This document shows, in pieces, positions 1 to 11,171 of a stretch of DNA of 64,000 nt. The position numbers were made by a program, and so were the translations under genes. The stretch's first letter is position 1; each line of letters begins with the position of its first letter. Source of the stretch: Picochlorum sp. SENEW3 (Eukaryota); assembly GCA_034226945.1 (NCBI GenBank), contig CP120453.1:1488001-1552000 (forward strand). Direction: 5' to 3'. The notes under the pieces are model-generated. The model was not told where the DNA came from and did not search any database. It worked only from the letters and a program-made list of their open reading frames with translations.

Positions 1-452
1 ATACCCGCCATCTTGGGACCAACCCCCTTTACAAGCATGAAAGATTCCACATCAAACACTGGCAACGGATGGTCCCGCAGACTGTCCATGGCAACCTTGA
101 TATTCCGAGAGAAATTGCTCCACCTCTGTTGTTGGTCGCCACCCTCCTCCTGTGGCTCCATCGGTGCACTCTGATATCTCTTACGAATCTCACTGCATCT
201 CATATTGACCATTAGAAGAAGAATCAATCATTAGAACCGCCTAAAAACCAAATCCAGCTCAACCTCAAGTGGTTGTTGAGCACGATGATCTGTTCAGACA
301 AGACAAACGCACACTAGGAATGCATACAGTATATTATTGGATGGAACAATGCATGAAAAACTATCAGGGAAGCATTCCACCGCCTGTGCAGCACTATCCG
401 CTTCCTTTGCCAACCCGGCAAAGGGTTCCTTCTGGTGTCGATTCGCTGCCAT
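1..452 (-). CDS. Partial spliced gene running off the left edge; coiled-coil-like N-terminus, possibly ATG17/ATG11-like
   Basis: Phase-consistent model: exons 452-381, 289-264, 192-<1; GT-AG introns 380-290 and 263-193. Product MAANRHQKEPFAGLAKEADSAAQAIIVLNNHLSEIRKRYQ...NFSRNIKVAMDSLRDHPLPVFD. The family guess is weak. Confidence 0.45.
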
Positions 453-500
453 TGAGGAGAGAGCCTCAGTGCCTTCTACCACCAGTACATCTTCATTATT

Positions 501-520
501 AATAATAATAATAATAATAA
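501..520. repeat. (AAT)n microsatellite
   Basis: aataataataataataataa read directly. Confidence 0.9.
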
Positions 521-755
521 CAACTGTAGTACTGTATTACATCTGCGTAGGTAGCAATACACCCAATCTGCTTCTTTTTCAAACATGAACAGCAGTCTAG
601 ACTGCCAAATGCCATGGCATTGGTCCCCTTGAAATTGTCATGAGGTTCTTGGACAGATGGCGACTCGCGCATTCTCTATACCATGACTATTATAAGTTTC
701 ATCAGACATACCACTCTGTGTGATGACGAATGATTATGTATGTATGACGACCACA

Positions 756-1351
756 ATGGACCAGAATGTTGCCAAGAATTCTCTACCAGACACAGCCCCT
801 AGGGGCTGTGTCCAGGGCGATGACCGACCATCCAGCGATCGTTCATCATCACCTGAGAGAATTGAACGTGTACAGACTACCAAGAGGACGACTGAGAAAC
901 GAGGATCGTTCATTCCCAGAACATGTTTCAGGTGAGTTTGGCCCCACATTGATGATGGTTCCAGGGTGTGCGATACTCACCAGTGCCACCTACGTCTCGT
1001 AGCTTTTCACAAGATATTATGACATCAAAAGAGGCGATTGAACAAAAATCGGCAGCAAACAAGAGTGGAGAACATCAAGCAAGAAGAACAAGGAGGAGAA
1101 GAGAGTCAAAACAACCACAAAAGTCCGGAGAAGATACCACCCCCGCTGGTTCCATATTTTCAGACACCACAAAGAGATACTTGAAGAGCAGTGGTCTGCA
1201 TTCAGAGCGGATCGAGCGACTGTTGATGAAGTATTTGGGTCCACCCCAGGAAGCATCATCACAAGATGTAGAGTCTACAACCCCATGCCCTTCGCCTCAG
1301 GTTGATCAGTCGAAAACTGACACAGACTATGTGATGCATGAAGCAGTGTGA
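756..1351 (+). CDS. Hypothetical hydrophilic Ser/Arg/Thr-rich protein (2 exons)
   Basis: Intron 932-1002 (GTGAGT...CGTAG) joins ORF 720-935 in phase to ORF 968-1351. Start may be 723 or 756. No recognisable domain. Confidence 0.6.
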
Positions 1352-1600
1352 ATTAAAGCACTATCAATACCTCGGGGTCGACATGCATGTGTCCATGCAG
1401 GTCTGCATCATCAATCAGCCTCTGACCTGGCATTCATTGATCCGTCCAAGATTTTCCACTTGAGGGACAGAAAGAGACTTCAAATCCATCTAGATCAAAA
1501 CAGGGTATCTGTGTGCGTCCAATGCCTCTCATTTTCATTAGTTTCTGAATTACATACAATAGAGATAGTCGTTGGATTGTAATAATAATAGAGTACTACC

Positions 1601-2556
1601 ATGGTTTTCAACCTTTGCAAAGCCGCGTTTCTGTATACAGTCGTGGCCATGTGTTATATACACGCATCTGGACATGCTATAGAAAGAGGTATGGGATGGG
1701 ATGCATACTCGAGTATTGATGCGGGCAGCGGCTGATGGTATGATGGCTGATGATGCAGGGAGGAAGCTGCTCAAGGGAGGTGGTGGGTTGGGCTTGTCTG
1801 CTGGAGGCGTTGCATCTACTACAGTGTCTTGTACAACGACTCCTGCGGCATATATTGCTTCAAATCCAGATCTGAGTATCTTCAATAGTGCATTGGAATC
1901 TGTTGGGCTGTCTACATCTCTGAATTCGTACTATTCTGCATACACAATCTTTGCTCCAACAAATGCTGCATTTACACGCCTGCTCAGTCAGGAGGATACA
2001 ACGTTGGAGGCACTGCAGACAACGAATCAGGGCACTTTGGACTTGGTACGTTGATACATTGCAGACACGGATGGAACCCTATATATATTAAAGAATAGAA
2101 TATTATATTACCCTGCCTCAGGTCTCACCTAGAATGTGTTAAACCATGATGCAGATTCTCAAAAACCATATTATTCCTGGGGATGCTTTGACAGTCTCGG
2201 ATTTCAGCGTTGGAAGTACATATGCGACGATGAACCAGGGAGAGAATATTCAGCTGGCATCATCCTTGAACCCAATCATTGTGCAGGCAGACATTGAGAC
2301 ATGTGCTTCTGTCATTCACATTGTGGATATTGTCTTGGTCCCAGACTTTGTATCCATACCCGCAGCTGCTGCTGCATCAGGATCAACGACACCAGGTTCT
2401 TCTAGTACTGGTAGTACTGCTGCCACGGGGGGCTCGAGCCTCGATGTCACCAATGTCAATGTCAACGGAAACGCCGGAGGGGGGTCATTCACCTCTGCCT
2501 CTGGGAGCTTTGGAGGGGGGGCCTTCGATTTCAGCGCCATTAATATTGCAGGATAA
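1601..2556 (+). CDS. Secreted fasciclin (FAS1) domain protein (3 exons)
   Basis: Exons 1601-1688, 1759-2045, 2155-2556. Exon 1 encodes a signal peptide (MVFNLCKAAFLYTVVAMCYIHASG). FAS1 motifs YTIFAPTNAAF, LKNHII and VIHIVDIVL. Ser/Gly/Thr-rich tail. Confidence 0.85.
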
Positions 2557-2565
2557 ATACTACTC

Positions 2566-3364
2566 TTACATGAAATCAAAATCGTCTTCTAATGCATCAT
2601 CGTATACGTAATCGTCCAATCCAGCAGAACCTCCACCCTTGCCCACATTCAACGTTGCCTTCTTTAATGTCTTCTTGCCTGCATTAACCACCTTTTCAGC
2701 CTTGAGCCTCTCAGATCGGATACCAGACACGCATGTCTCGATATCCTTTACATCAGACGCAGCCATCCCGTGCAAAGACGCGTGCAAGAGAGATTTAATG
2801 GCTGCCTTGTAATTGCCAGCCTTGGCCTGGGCATGAGGCAGCAGATATTTGGCTGCGATTAGCTTTCCTAGTTCCTCGAATTCTGCACTAGATTTTGGAA
2901 TGAAACCTTCCAGCTCCCTAGAATTTCCAAATAATTCCATTGTCGCAGCATAATCTGCCTCTTCCACCAATCGCTGCTGCCTCAACTTCTCAGCCAGTGG
3001 GTCGTCAAGTGGACCTTCGTCAACGACCTTTTGAACCCCTTTGCTTTCGTCATACTTGGACACCTTTGGCTTTGGCTACACACAGAATGCATACATAGTG
3101 TTATTTTCACACGGAAGCCCGAGCATTCAAACGCATTGCACGTCCAAATCCCATCCACCGCCATCAATTGTAAGAGAAAAGACACCCATTCCAGTATGTA
3201 TTCCGTACCGCTTTGCTCTCTGGAACAGTTCCCTTCCATTTAGGCTCCTCCTGTTCCGCATCCTCGTCCGCAAATTGGTCCTCAGCCTTTGCTGCCACGA
3301 CTGGCACAACTGGCGTTGGAATAACGGCGTCGTCGTCGTCCCAGTCTTCCCAAGAGTCACCCAT
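2566..3364 (-). CDS. EIF3J: Translation initiation factor eIF3 subunit J (2 exons)
   Basis: Exons 3364-3209 and 3075-2566. MGDSWEDWDD N-terminus, DPLAEKLRQQRLVEEADY, C-terminal DDFDFM. Confidence 0.95.
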
Positions 3365-3704
3365 TGTCTTTTTTTCTGTTTTTTATAATGCTATACGACA
3401 GAGATTGTGCCTCAGCACTGACCTATACGCATCAAGAGGAGATTGCAAAAACGTCCCATCAAACAGATGCTTTCATAGGAGATCTCCACAGACAGCGCTC
3501 GCGTCCATCCTGGACACCGTCGTGTCGGCCTGAAGCAGTCGCATGAGTATCAGGACGCCCTTCCTGCACTACTATTCGCATATAGTCTCAAGAATTTTTC
3601 AATGGAAACTTGATATCGTCGTTGGGACAGCCTGACACTGTAATACGAAGCGATTCAAGGGAGTGAGATTGGACTGGCTTTCGACAAAGCCTATGGTGTT
3701 ACAG

Positions 3705-4012
3705 GTACGGGTATGGGGTTAGATACATCAAATAAAATGTATAGATAAGATTCTCTCATGGGAGTGGGGAGAGGTGCTCTCTATTGTGCATACGTCTTCG
3801 ACAACCTCGTCAGAAATGTTCAAAGTATGGACTCTTGGGGGTGGTGTGAGGGCATTTGTCGATTGTGTGTCTATATATGCGATACTAAGTGCGAAGAGTA
3901 TGTTTTAAGAGGGGCAGGCAAGGTTTTTACCGGGGAATTGAGTGGGTTTGGGACTGGAACTTCATGTTCTTTCTCGCTCTTTGTATGATGGTCTGGATGT
4001 ACATGTGTGCAG
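3705..4012 (+). other. Probable 5'-UTR intron of NOT2
   Basis: CAG|GTACGG donor at 3705 and GTGCAG acceptor at 4012, 70 nt upstream of the NOT2 ATG. Confidence 0.5.
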
Positions 4013-4082
4013 GTTATATATCAGAGTAATTTATATAGAGAGAAAGAGAACACAGATTCGTAGTGTTGTCGCTCGGTGAGGA

Positions 4083-5450
4083 ATGAGTCTACATCAGACC
4101 TCTGGGGGAGGTGGGATGGATGCGAGATTCTCGTCGTACCAGCAACAGAATGGTCCGTATTCGACAGGTTCAGGGGCAGGTGGGGCAGGGATGCAGGGTA
4201 TGCCAGGGGTGGGCGGGTCTCTCTCCGGCCATGGCAGGCAAGTTGCTCCAGGTGGGATTGGCGGAATGCACATGAGGGGGGGTTCTTCTGGGTCTGTGGT
4301 GCAGCCTCATATGCAATCCATGGGCGCGAATAGAATAGGGAATCAGCAGCATTATGTTCAGGGCCAGGGAAGTGTAGCGAGGGGTCCTCCACCATCGACT
4401 GGGTATGCAACGTCACCAAATGTTGGCAGGAGTCCCACGTCGTACCAGCAGCAGCAGCAGCAAGGGGCTTTGGGCGGCGGATACCCTGGTGGTCGAACTG
4501 GTGGACCTAGTGGTGGATTTATCCCTCCATCTGGAGATTTGCTTTCCATGCTCAACAACACGGGTAGTAATGGGACAGCTGGGCAGCAACAACAGTATCC
4601 ACGGGAAGATGGTCCTGCTCTGTCAATGTCAGATTTTCCTTCTCTAGGAGGAGCGAGTAGTACTGGACAACAGCAACGAAGTGTGGCTCAGGAGCAAGGG
4701 ACGGATGCGGTAGGGGTGTTGTTGGGAGGGAGAGGGTTGTCACAGTCCCCAACATTTGGAGAGGAGGATTTTCCAGCTCTTCCCGGAGCACCTGGCAACA
4801 GACCGCAGCGGGTGGTCCAAAGACCGCCTGCTCAATCGTTGAATGTTGATCAGAGTAAAATAAATGCTCCAGCAGTGCATAAAGCTGGAGCTATGCCTGG
4901 TGTTGCTCAGCCCCCATCTCCTGGAGATCGGTATGGGCTGTTAGGGTTATTGAACGTGATTCGTATGTCAGATCCAGATTTGACGACATTAGCGCTCGGA
5001 ACAGATCTTACGACATTGGGCCTGAATTTGAATTCCCCCGAGCCGCTGTGGAAGACATTTGTCTCCCCATGGGCTGAGGGACCATCAAAACAAGAAGTGG
5101 ACCCAAGGATACCAGATTCGTATATTGCTTCGTCATTGCAGATGACTCGGGAACATTGGTATCATTTAAAACCTGATACACTGTTTTATATTTTCTATGG
5201 TACACCTGGAGAAGAAAGTCAGATACGGGCAGGTGCAGAATTGTCTCGGAGGGGGTGGATGTATCACAAGGAACTCAAGTCGTGGATCATGCGAGTTCCC
5301 AACACCAAGCCTGACCAGAAAACGGACAGGGTGGAGATTGGGTCGTTTCTTGTGTTTGATGTGCTGAATTGGGAAATCATCAAGAAGGATGGCTTTACGC
5401 TGTCATTGGATGCTCTGGAATCAAAAGCAAAAATTGAAGAGGCGCTTTAA
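4083..5450 (+). CDS. NOT2: CCR4-NOT complex subunit NOT2 (NOT2/3/5 domain)
   Basis: Low-complexity G/Q N-terminus with EEDFPAL motifs. NOT box YGLLGLLNVIRMSDPDLTTLALGTDLTTLGLNLNS...TLFYIFY...RGWMYHKE. Confidence 0.95.
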   Translation: MSLHQTSGGGGMDARFSSYQQQNGPYSTGSGAGGAGMQGMPGVGGSLSGHGRQVAPGGIGGMHMRGGSSGSVVQPHMQSMGANRIGNQQHYVQGQGSVARGPPPSTGYATSPNVGRSPTSYQQQQQQGALGGGYPGGRTGGPSGGFIPPSGDLLSMLNNTGSNGTAGQQQQYPREDGPALSMSDFPSLGGASSTGQQQRSVAQEQGTDAVGVLLGGRGLSQSPTFGEEDFPALPGAPGNRPQRVVQRPPAQSLNVDQSKINAPAVHKAGAMPGVAQPPSPGDRYGLLGLLNVIRMSDPDLTTLALGTDLTTLGLNLNSPEPLWKTFVSPWAEGPSKQEVDPRIPDSYIASSLQMTREHWYHLKPDTLFYIFYGTPGEESQIRAGAELSRRGWMYHKELKSWIMRVPNTKPDQKTDRVEIGSFLVFDVLNWEIIKKDGFTLSLDALESKAKIEEAL

Positions 5451-5520
5451 GAGTACTAGAACTCGTTTCTTATAATGATGACAAGGTAAATAATATGAGA
5501 AAATTGTAAGTATAATACAT

Positions 5521-7098
5521 TCACTCGAGGCGCTGTGCTATTTCTGAAAGGCCAACTTTCAAGACACCTTCCTTGTGTCCCTTCAACTCCAGACAATGCT
5601 GAATTGATTGAACATCACTGAAGCATTCCGTCGAACTTTCTGTCATTCGTACAATAGCACCTTCGTCGCCTGCAATTAAAGCAGCACATTTCAGCCAAAA
5701 ATACAAAGCACCATGACGATCTTCTCCGACTGGTAGGAGCCTAGCACAGGGATCTGACTGAAAGTACTGTTGCTGGCATGTTGCCCATCGTAGTCTCGCT
5801 TTGGTATCTTCTGATATCGAATTGATTGCATTTTCTCGGGCAATACTGACAATATCCTTTTGTTTTTCTGACGAGAGATTATTCATGTGATTTGATGAGA
5901 TCAAGTCGGCAATGTATTTTTGCAGGTATTCCTCTTGCTCTTGCTTCATCTTTGCCTTTATCTTGTTCACGTATTTCTTCCTCCGCTCCACGATATCCTC
6001 TGTATCTTCAACACGCTCCTCAATAATATGTACGATTGGTCCACATGCAAGAGATTCATGCACCACATCCGAGACAATATCAAGCTTTTGAGAAATGCTC
6101 AAGGACCAGAAGGAAGTACCCTTCGAGGCAGTCCTCGCACTCTTGCGCCGAGTACTGCAGTCGTCCTGCCCTTTGTTCGTGTATTTTTTCACCGACCACA
6201 GGTCCCATGAGGTCTCCTCCTCATTGTCATTTCCATACCAATCGCATATAATGGTCTTGAGTTGTGCCATGGCATTATCAAGAACAGGGGCATTTGCGTT
6301 GCTCTTATGCTCGGACACAATTTCCTGAGCAAGCCTTGAAAGGTCGCATTCTCTCATGCCGAGGGCTTCTTCACCAAACGTGGCAAAAAATTCCAAAATA
6401 CACAACAATGTATCTTCCTGAATCCCTTGAGGAATATCCAAGGCCTTCCCACCAGGCTTGGCACCATACATTTTGAGTTTTACCGGTTCTGGCATCTTTT
6501 TAAACCTCTTACTCAGTCTTGCATCATCCATGCCTGAAAAATCTCGCGCCAACCGAATGGGCAATGACGATGCTCTGATTTTCTTTCCTGTGCCATTCTC
6601 TGTTGCCACTGCATCGACAGTAGTCTGACGCGCTGGCTCATCCACCTTTGTTGTAATATTTGGATTCTTCTCTAGCAACTGAGACACACTCCCAAACCCT
6701 GCCTTTTTAGCAATATTTGTGAGAATACCTGTTGCCTTCAAACCCTGCTTCTTTCGACAAAAGCTGCAGTTGCATATATTTCTACACTTTGGACATTTCC
6801 ACTTCTTCAGCTTTCTCACAATATCTACAACCTCGTTATATCGGTTCAACAGGCATCGCGGGCAAAAATTGAGATTACATTTGGCCTCTTTGCAAGGAGC
6901 CTTCACCTCGACCGTTTTCTGGCGACACTGGTGACACGTTGTACCATTCTCACTATCATATATCCTACCTCCTTGATGGCGGATCCCAGGTTCTGAGTTC
7001 CTCTTTTTCAATCCAACCTTTAAAATCTGCTGTTTCTTCTTTCCAGTTGTCGCCACCTTGGAAACCTCCTTCTTCTTAGAGACGAGTCTTTTCTTCAT
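5521..7098 (-). CDS. zf-4CXXC_R1 (CDCA7-type zinc finger) + DDT + WHIM/WSD chromatin protein
   Basis: GGRIYDSENGTTCHQCRQKT...FCPRCLLNRY...WKCPKCRNICNCSFCRKK; DDT-like LLCILEFFATFGE; WHIM1-like FWSLSISQKLDIV; WSD-like PVGEDRHGALYFW. The exact start is uncertain. Confidence 0.85.
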   Translation of the reverse strand: MKKRLVSKKKEVSKVATTGKKKQQILKVGLKKRNSEPGIRHQGGRIYDSENGTTCHQCRQKTVEVKAPCKEAKCNLNFCPRCLLNRYNEVVDIVRKLKKWKCPKCRNICNCSFCRKKQGLKATGILTNIAKKAGFGSVSQLLEKNPNITTKVDEPARQTTVDAVATENGTGKKIRASSLPIRLARDFSGMDDARLSKRFKKMPEPVKLKMYGAKPGGKALDIPQGIQEDTLLCILEFFATFGEEALGMRECDLSRLAQEIVSEHKSNANAPVLDNAMAQLKTIICDWYGNDNEEETSWDLWSVKKYTNKGQDDCSTRRKSARTASKGTSFWSLSISQKLDIVSDVVHESLACGPIVHIIEERVEDTEDIVERRKKYVNKIKAKMKQEQEEYLQKYIADLISSNHMNNLSSEKQKDIVSIARENAINSISEDTKARLRWATCQQQYFQSDPCARLLPVGEDRHGALYFWLKCAALIAGDEGAIVRMTESSTECFSDVQSIQHCLELKGHKEGVLKVGLSEIAQRLE

Positions 7099-7544
7099 CT
7101 GTTCCCACGCCGAGGAAGACGACCCTCAACTAAATCAATTACAAAACCAACACGAGTGTATCCATGCACCCGATGATCAAAAAGCAAAACGTGAGCGAAT
7201 TGGGTCCTCGCCGAGAGATCTTCAGAATCCTATGAAAACCCACGAATGGCCGCCAACCATCTCATATGAGCATTCTACACTCTGCTTATGATATGTATTG
7301 ATTCCATGTAGAATATGAACCTGATGTTACCCTGTCAAGTAGAGGCAACGATTTCAATCTGGGTCGCGCCTTTTTTTTGTTCTCGGTCCCCTGATGGTCG
7401 AGTATTTCGAGGCAACCGAAACAGATCGCCTGCAGGAGTTTTCAAATTTAAAAAATAAGGAATTCTGTTCTTCTGATTTTTCGAATACTTGATCAAGTAC
7501 ATCCATGACCGAATGAGAGTCACACGAATTGCTTTGTGATACAC

Positions 7545-8672
7545 ATGCTCAGCAGGATGCGGTCTCAGAGAGCTCTTATCTATTCGATTTCAATCCTTCT
7601 GATAGCTTCATCGGGCGTTTTGGGGCAAGAAAGTGAGACTGCGCAGTCGAATGTTGCTTTTCTGGGCAGGGCCTTTCGTCTGAGAAAGTTTCCAGATTAC
7701 AATGCAGAGTTTGCGTTGCTTGGGTGCGCTTTACTATTGATAGTGTATAGTATTTTGGGACGGAAGAAGAATGATGGGATGGCGACGCGATATGCGAGGC
7801 AGTTGCTGCATCAGGAGTGCCCTTTGGTGCAGCAGTTTGAGCAGGTGGATGGTGCACTCCAAAACACGGCCCCTGGGAGGTATAGCATGTACTTTACGGG
7901 ACGGAGGAATATCAAAGGATGTTTGGTATCGTTTAAAATGATTCCTAGGCATGATATGGTGAGTAAGGTTATTATTGGTGCAAGAGCCAGTGATACCTTG
8001 TGCGTAGAAATTGTGTTGGAGGACAATGCAACATGGAGCACGGTGCTCTTGATGGCGATTCCAGGTGCCATGAAGGTTATTACGGAAGAGCATGCGGATG
8101 TGAGGGAGCTGACAAAGGTGGTGAATATGAATAAGGGGGGCAGTGTTGCTGTAGGCCAGTGGCCATCTGACAACATTCATGTGAGGGCAGAGCATTCCCA
8201 GGTTCTGCACGACATATTGACACCAGGCTTGATGTCATCCTTCTTTGGTAAGGATGGAGGTTACTCTGTTGTCAAGCAATATTTCAGGAGCTTGCATATT
8301 ACGGATTCATACACATATAGTTCTGAGAAGAGAGTCCTGCGCATGGTTACTGATTTGCCCCCTCTCGATGATGGAGAAATATTGTACTTGATTGTACAAA
8401 CTGCTTTGACCCTTGCTGATGCCATAAGCTTTGTGAAGCAGTCTCCGGATAGTTTGAAAAAGGCCAAGGTGGCACGAGAGACATGGGAGGCAAAAAAGCC
8501 CTCTCAAGTAGAGGAGAGGCAACGCAGACTGGAAGAAAAGCGTGCGCTGAAAGAGGCACAGGACAAGGAAAAGTTAAAAAAGATGACTCCTCAGCAGCGA
8601 GAAAAGGAGATTGCTCGTCGTCAGAAGATTGAACGCGGGAGGCGCATGAAATCCATGGTAAAGAAAATGTAA
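7545..8672 (+). CDS. CCDC47: CCDC47/DUF1682 PAT complex subunit (ER membrane)
   Basis: Signal peptide, TM segment followed by GRKKN, YFTGRRNIKG...PRHD motif, and a basic coiled-coil C-terminus. Confidence 0.85.
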   Translation: MLSRMRSQRALIYSISILLIASSGVLGQESETAQSNVAFLGRAFRLRKFPDYNAEFALLGCALLLIVYSILGRKKNDGMATRYARQLLHQECPLVQQFEQVDGALQNTAPGRYSMYFTGRRNIKGCLVSFKMIPRHDMVSKVIIGARASDTLCVEIVLEDNATWSTVLLMAIPGAMKVITEEHADVRELTKVVNMNKGGSVAVGQWPSDNIHVRAEHSQVLHDILTPGLMSSFFGKDGGYSVVKQYFRSLHITDSYTYSSEKRVLRMVTDLPPLDDGEILYLIVQTALTLADAISFVKQSPDSLKKAKVARETWEAKKPSQVEERQRRLEEKRALKEAQDKEKLKKMTPQQREKEIARRQKIERGRRMKSMVKKM

Positions 8673-9126
8673 CATGTCATGCTATCACCAAGAGTAGGGA
8701 TTATTTTGGCGTATTTTTTCATTCTAGCACCCCATCAATCCATCTCTTTCATTCAGGAGATGCCATCCCCTCTGTAGAGGAAACTGATCGTACAGTATCA
8801 ACACCTGAAGAGATCTAGATCTCTCGGGAGATGCGCGTTGCCAAGCAAGATGGTATACGATATCGGGCTTTGTCTTGTCATTAAAGTAAACAACATACTC
8901 CAATATCGATAAAGAGACCATCTTTGAACAAAAACCTACAGGTACGTAGCTCCATATGTGTAAACCCAATACAAACGTCGGGACGCCGCTCTATCCGAGA
9001 GGACCGATTCTTCACGCTCTTGCATTCGTGACACGATATTTGATCGATTTGTGGTATCTTTGTGGACAAAACAACGATATTTGTGCAGGGTTGTCTTGAA
9101 TTTTTCAGTTTCATCATATCGGAATC

Positions 9127-9510
9127 ATGGGACGCGTGCTGTTATTCGCAAGCCTTGCTGTGCTCTTTTCCTGCGCTTATTTTGCGGAGGCAAGCCACTG
9201 CAGGAATAGTCACCGACCAATATCCTGCTGTGCTGATTCGAGGGTCGTGAGGAAGAATGGCGAGTGGGTCATGCAGTGCAAGAAGTGTGACTCTGGGTAC
9301 AAGCCTTCTTCCAGCAAAGAACAGTGCGTGCCAAAGAAAGACTGCAAGAAAGGGTATGGACCAGGTCCAATGGGATTGAACGAAGATCAGTGCATCAAGT
9401 GCTCTGACAAGAATTGCAAGCATTGCAATCAGGTATTCTACGACTGCACAGAATGCAAGAGCAACTATCTCTTAGACCCTCAGGGTGCTTGTCAGCCCAA
9501 GCTGTTCTGA
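9127..9510 (+). CDS. Small secreted cysteine-rich protein with furin-like CxxC repeats
   Basis: Signal peptide ending in AEA. The mature part has 14 Cys, including CKKCDSGY and CIKCSDKNCKHC...CTECKSNY. Confidence 0.8.
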   Translation: MGRVLLFASLAVLFSCAYFAEASHCRNSHRPISCCADSRVVRKNGEWVMQCKKCDSGYKPSSSKEQCVPKKDCKKGYGPGPMGLNEDQCIKCSDKNCKHCNQVFYDCTECKSNYLLDPQGACQPKLF

Positions 9511-9529
9511 TCGTCATAATTACATGATA

Positions 9530-10700
9530 TCAATTTCCGCCTGTAAAGTAATCGGCGTCAAAGTGATGCAGGCGCACATATCCTTCCTCTCCACCAGAGG
9601 CAAACCCTGTGCCATCTGGAGTGAAAGCCACAGTGTTGATTGGTCCGAAATGGCCACTAACATTTGCAAATTCGTCTTTGTAAATCTTATGGAAGAAGCG
9701 TGCTTCGAAATGACCAGCCTTATCTGATGTGGTTGTCACCTTGGACGCCTCTTGTCCTCCTCCAATCAACACATGATCATGTGTAGGGGATAATGCAGCA
9801 GAGTTAATGGGGACCTGAGAGGAAAACGTCTTCAGCTCCTGAAGAGTCTGTGAATCTAATATCTTGGCGGATTGATCAGCAGAAGCGGTGATGATGTGAG
9901 TACCGCCGACTGACATTTGCATATCACCAATGGTGGCCTTGTGCACCTGCTCCTCCTGAATCATCTTTCCAGTCTCAACATCCCACCTGCGAACACACCC
10001 ATCCTCTGAGGTGCTGATCAGTGTCTTATTCAGATCAGTCCATAAAATCCTAGTGATACGCCCCCTTGGACCAGTCATAGAGGCCAAAACCTCCCCGCTC
10101 TGCTCGCTACTATCATCTGCAATCTTGACAAGGCGAATGGCAGACACAGAGTCCATAAATGGATCCGTCGAAATAGCCGCCATCGTATCACCTACATTGA
10201 ACTTGACAGCTCGACAAGGCTCGTGAAACTGAAACTTGAACAATTCATCACCATTTGTGATATCCCAGAGCCTCACAGTGGAATCTCCCGCACCAGTCAT
10301 CAACACGGATGTATCATACGTCGTATCCGTCGTCCACACCGCCCCATTATGCCCATTGAATGTCCCAGCACGCTCTCCATTATCTGCCCACCATAAATTT
10401 ACATTGCTATCTTTACCGCATGTGATGAGAAAATCTCCTTCCCTCGTGAAACTGCAGGCAGCAAGACACAACGCAGTGAGTGAGCCCAGCCCTTGTCACA
10501 GCATAATCTCGATGGCTAGTATTGATACAAGAGGTAAAATTACATGACAGAATACCAAGAGATCCTCAAATGAACGAAAAGCCACTGCTACGATGGGTGC
10601 CGCCGGGACTCGGTGGTTCATTCGGGCTCTCCTGTGTAAACAAGACGTACGATACTTGATTCAAAGGACGAGTATGCCCTTGAAGAATATAAGGCCTCAT
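9530..10700 (-). CDS. EIF3I: Translation initiation factor eIF3 subunit I (WD40, TRIP-1) (2 exons)
   Basis: Exons 10700-10651 (MRPYILQGHTRPLNQV) and 10451-9530. GHFGPINTVAF...SGGEEGYVRLHHFD C-terminus. Confidence 0.96.
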
Positions 10701-11171
10701 ATCCCCCTACTAATACTACGTATATACCCAGAACTAAAACCAACGCAGTCAGTGAGACACGGCCAGAGTACAGTATCTGACGACAATCTCTATCAACCAA
10801 TACCCCTGCGGTGGTATTCTAATAATTAATTCAATTCAAGTATGAAAATTGCACAGACGGAAGGCTTGCAAAGGTGTATCATGCAAGAAAATGAAAAGGA
10901 CATCTTGGTATTAAATGTATCAAACTAGGAGTACTGTTGCCTGGTTGTTGCTTCAGAGGTACCCCGTGCATCCGATAGTCTAGAAATATCAATAGAAATA
11001 GCAGCCTTGGTAGAGAAGAGGACGTCAGCCTCTCTTGCGGGTGGAAGACAGGCGTGTTGACTGCCTTCTGGACTGCTTTTGTTGGGACATTCTAGGTGGA
11101 CAAATGGGCTGCTTGGTCATCGACATTGATCTTTGTGATACAATAATTGTCTTTGAGTGAAGAGAAGGTTG

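Noticed and set aside
8724..9117. Minus-strand ORFs of about 80 aa between CCDC47 and the Cys-rich gene
   Set aside because: Non-ATG starts, no motif, and ordinary intergenic length.
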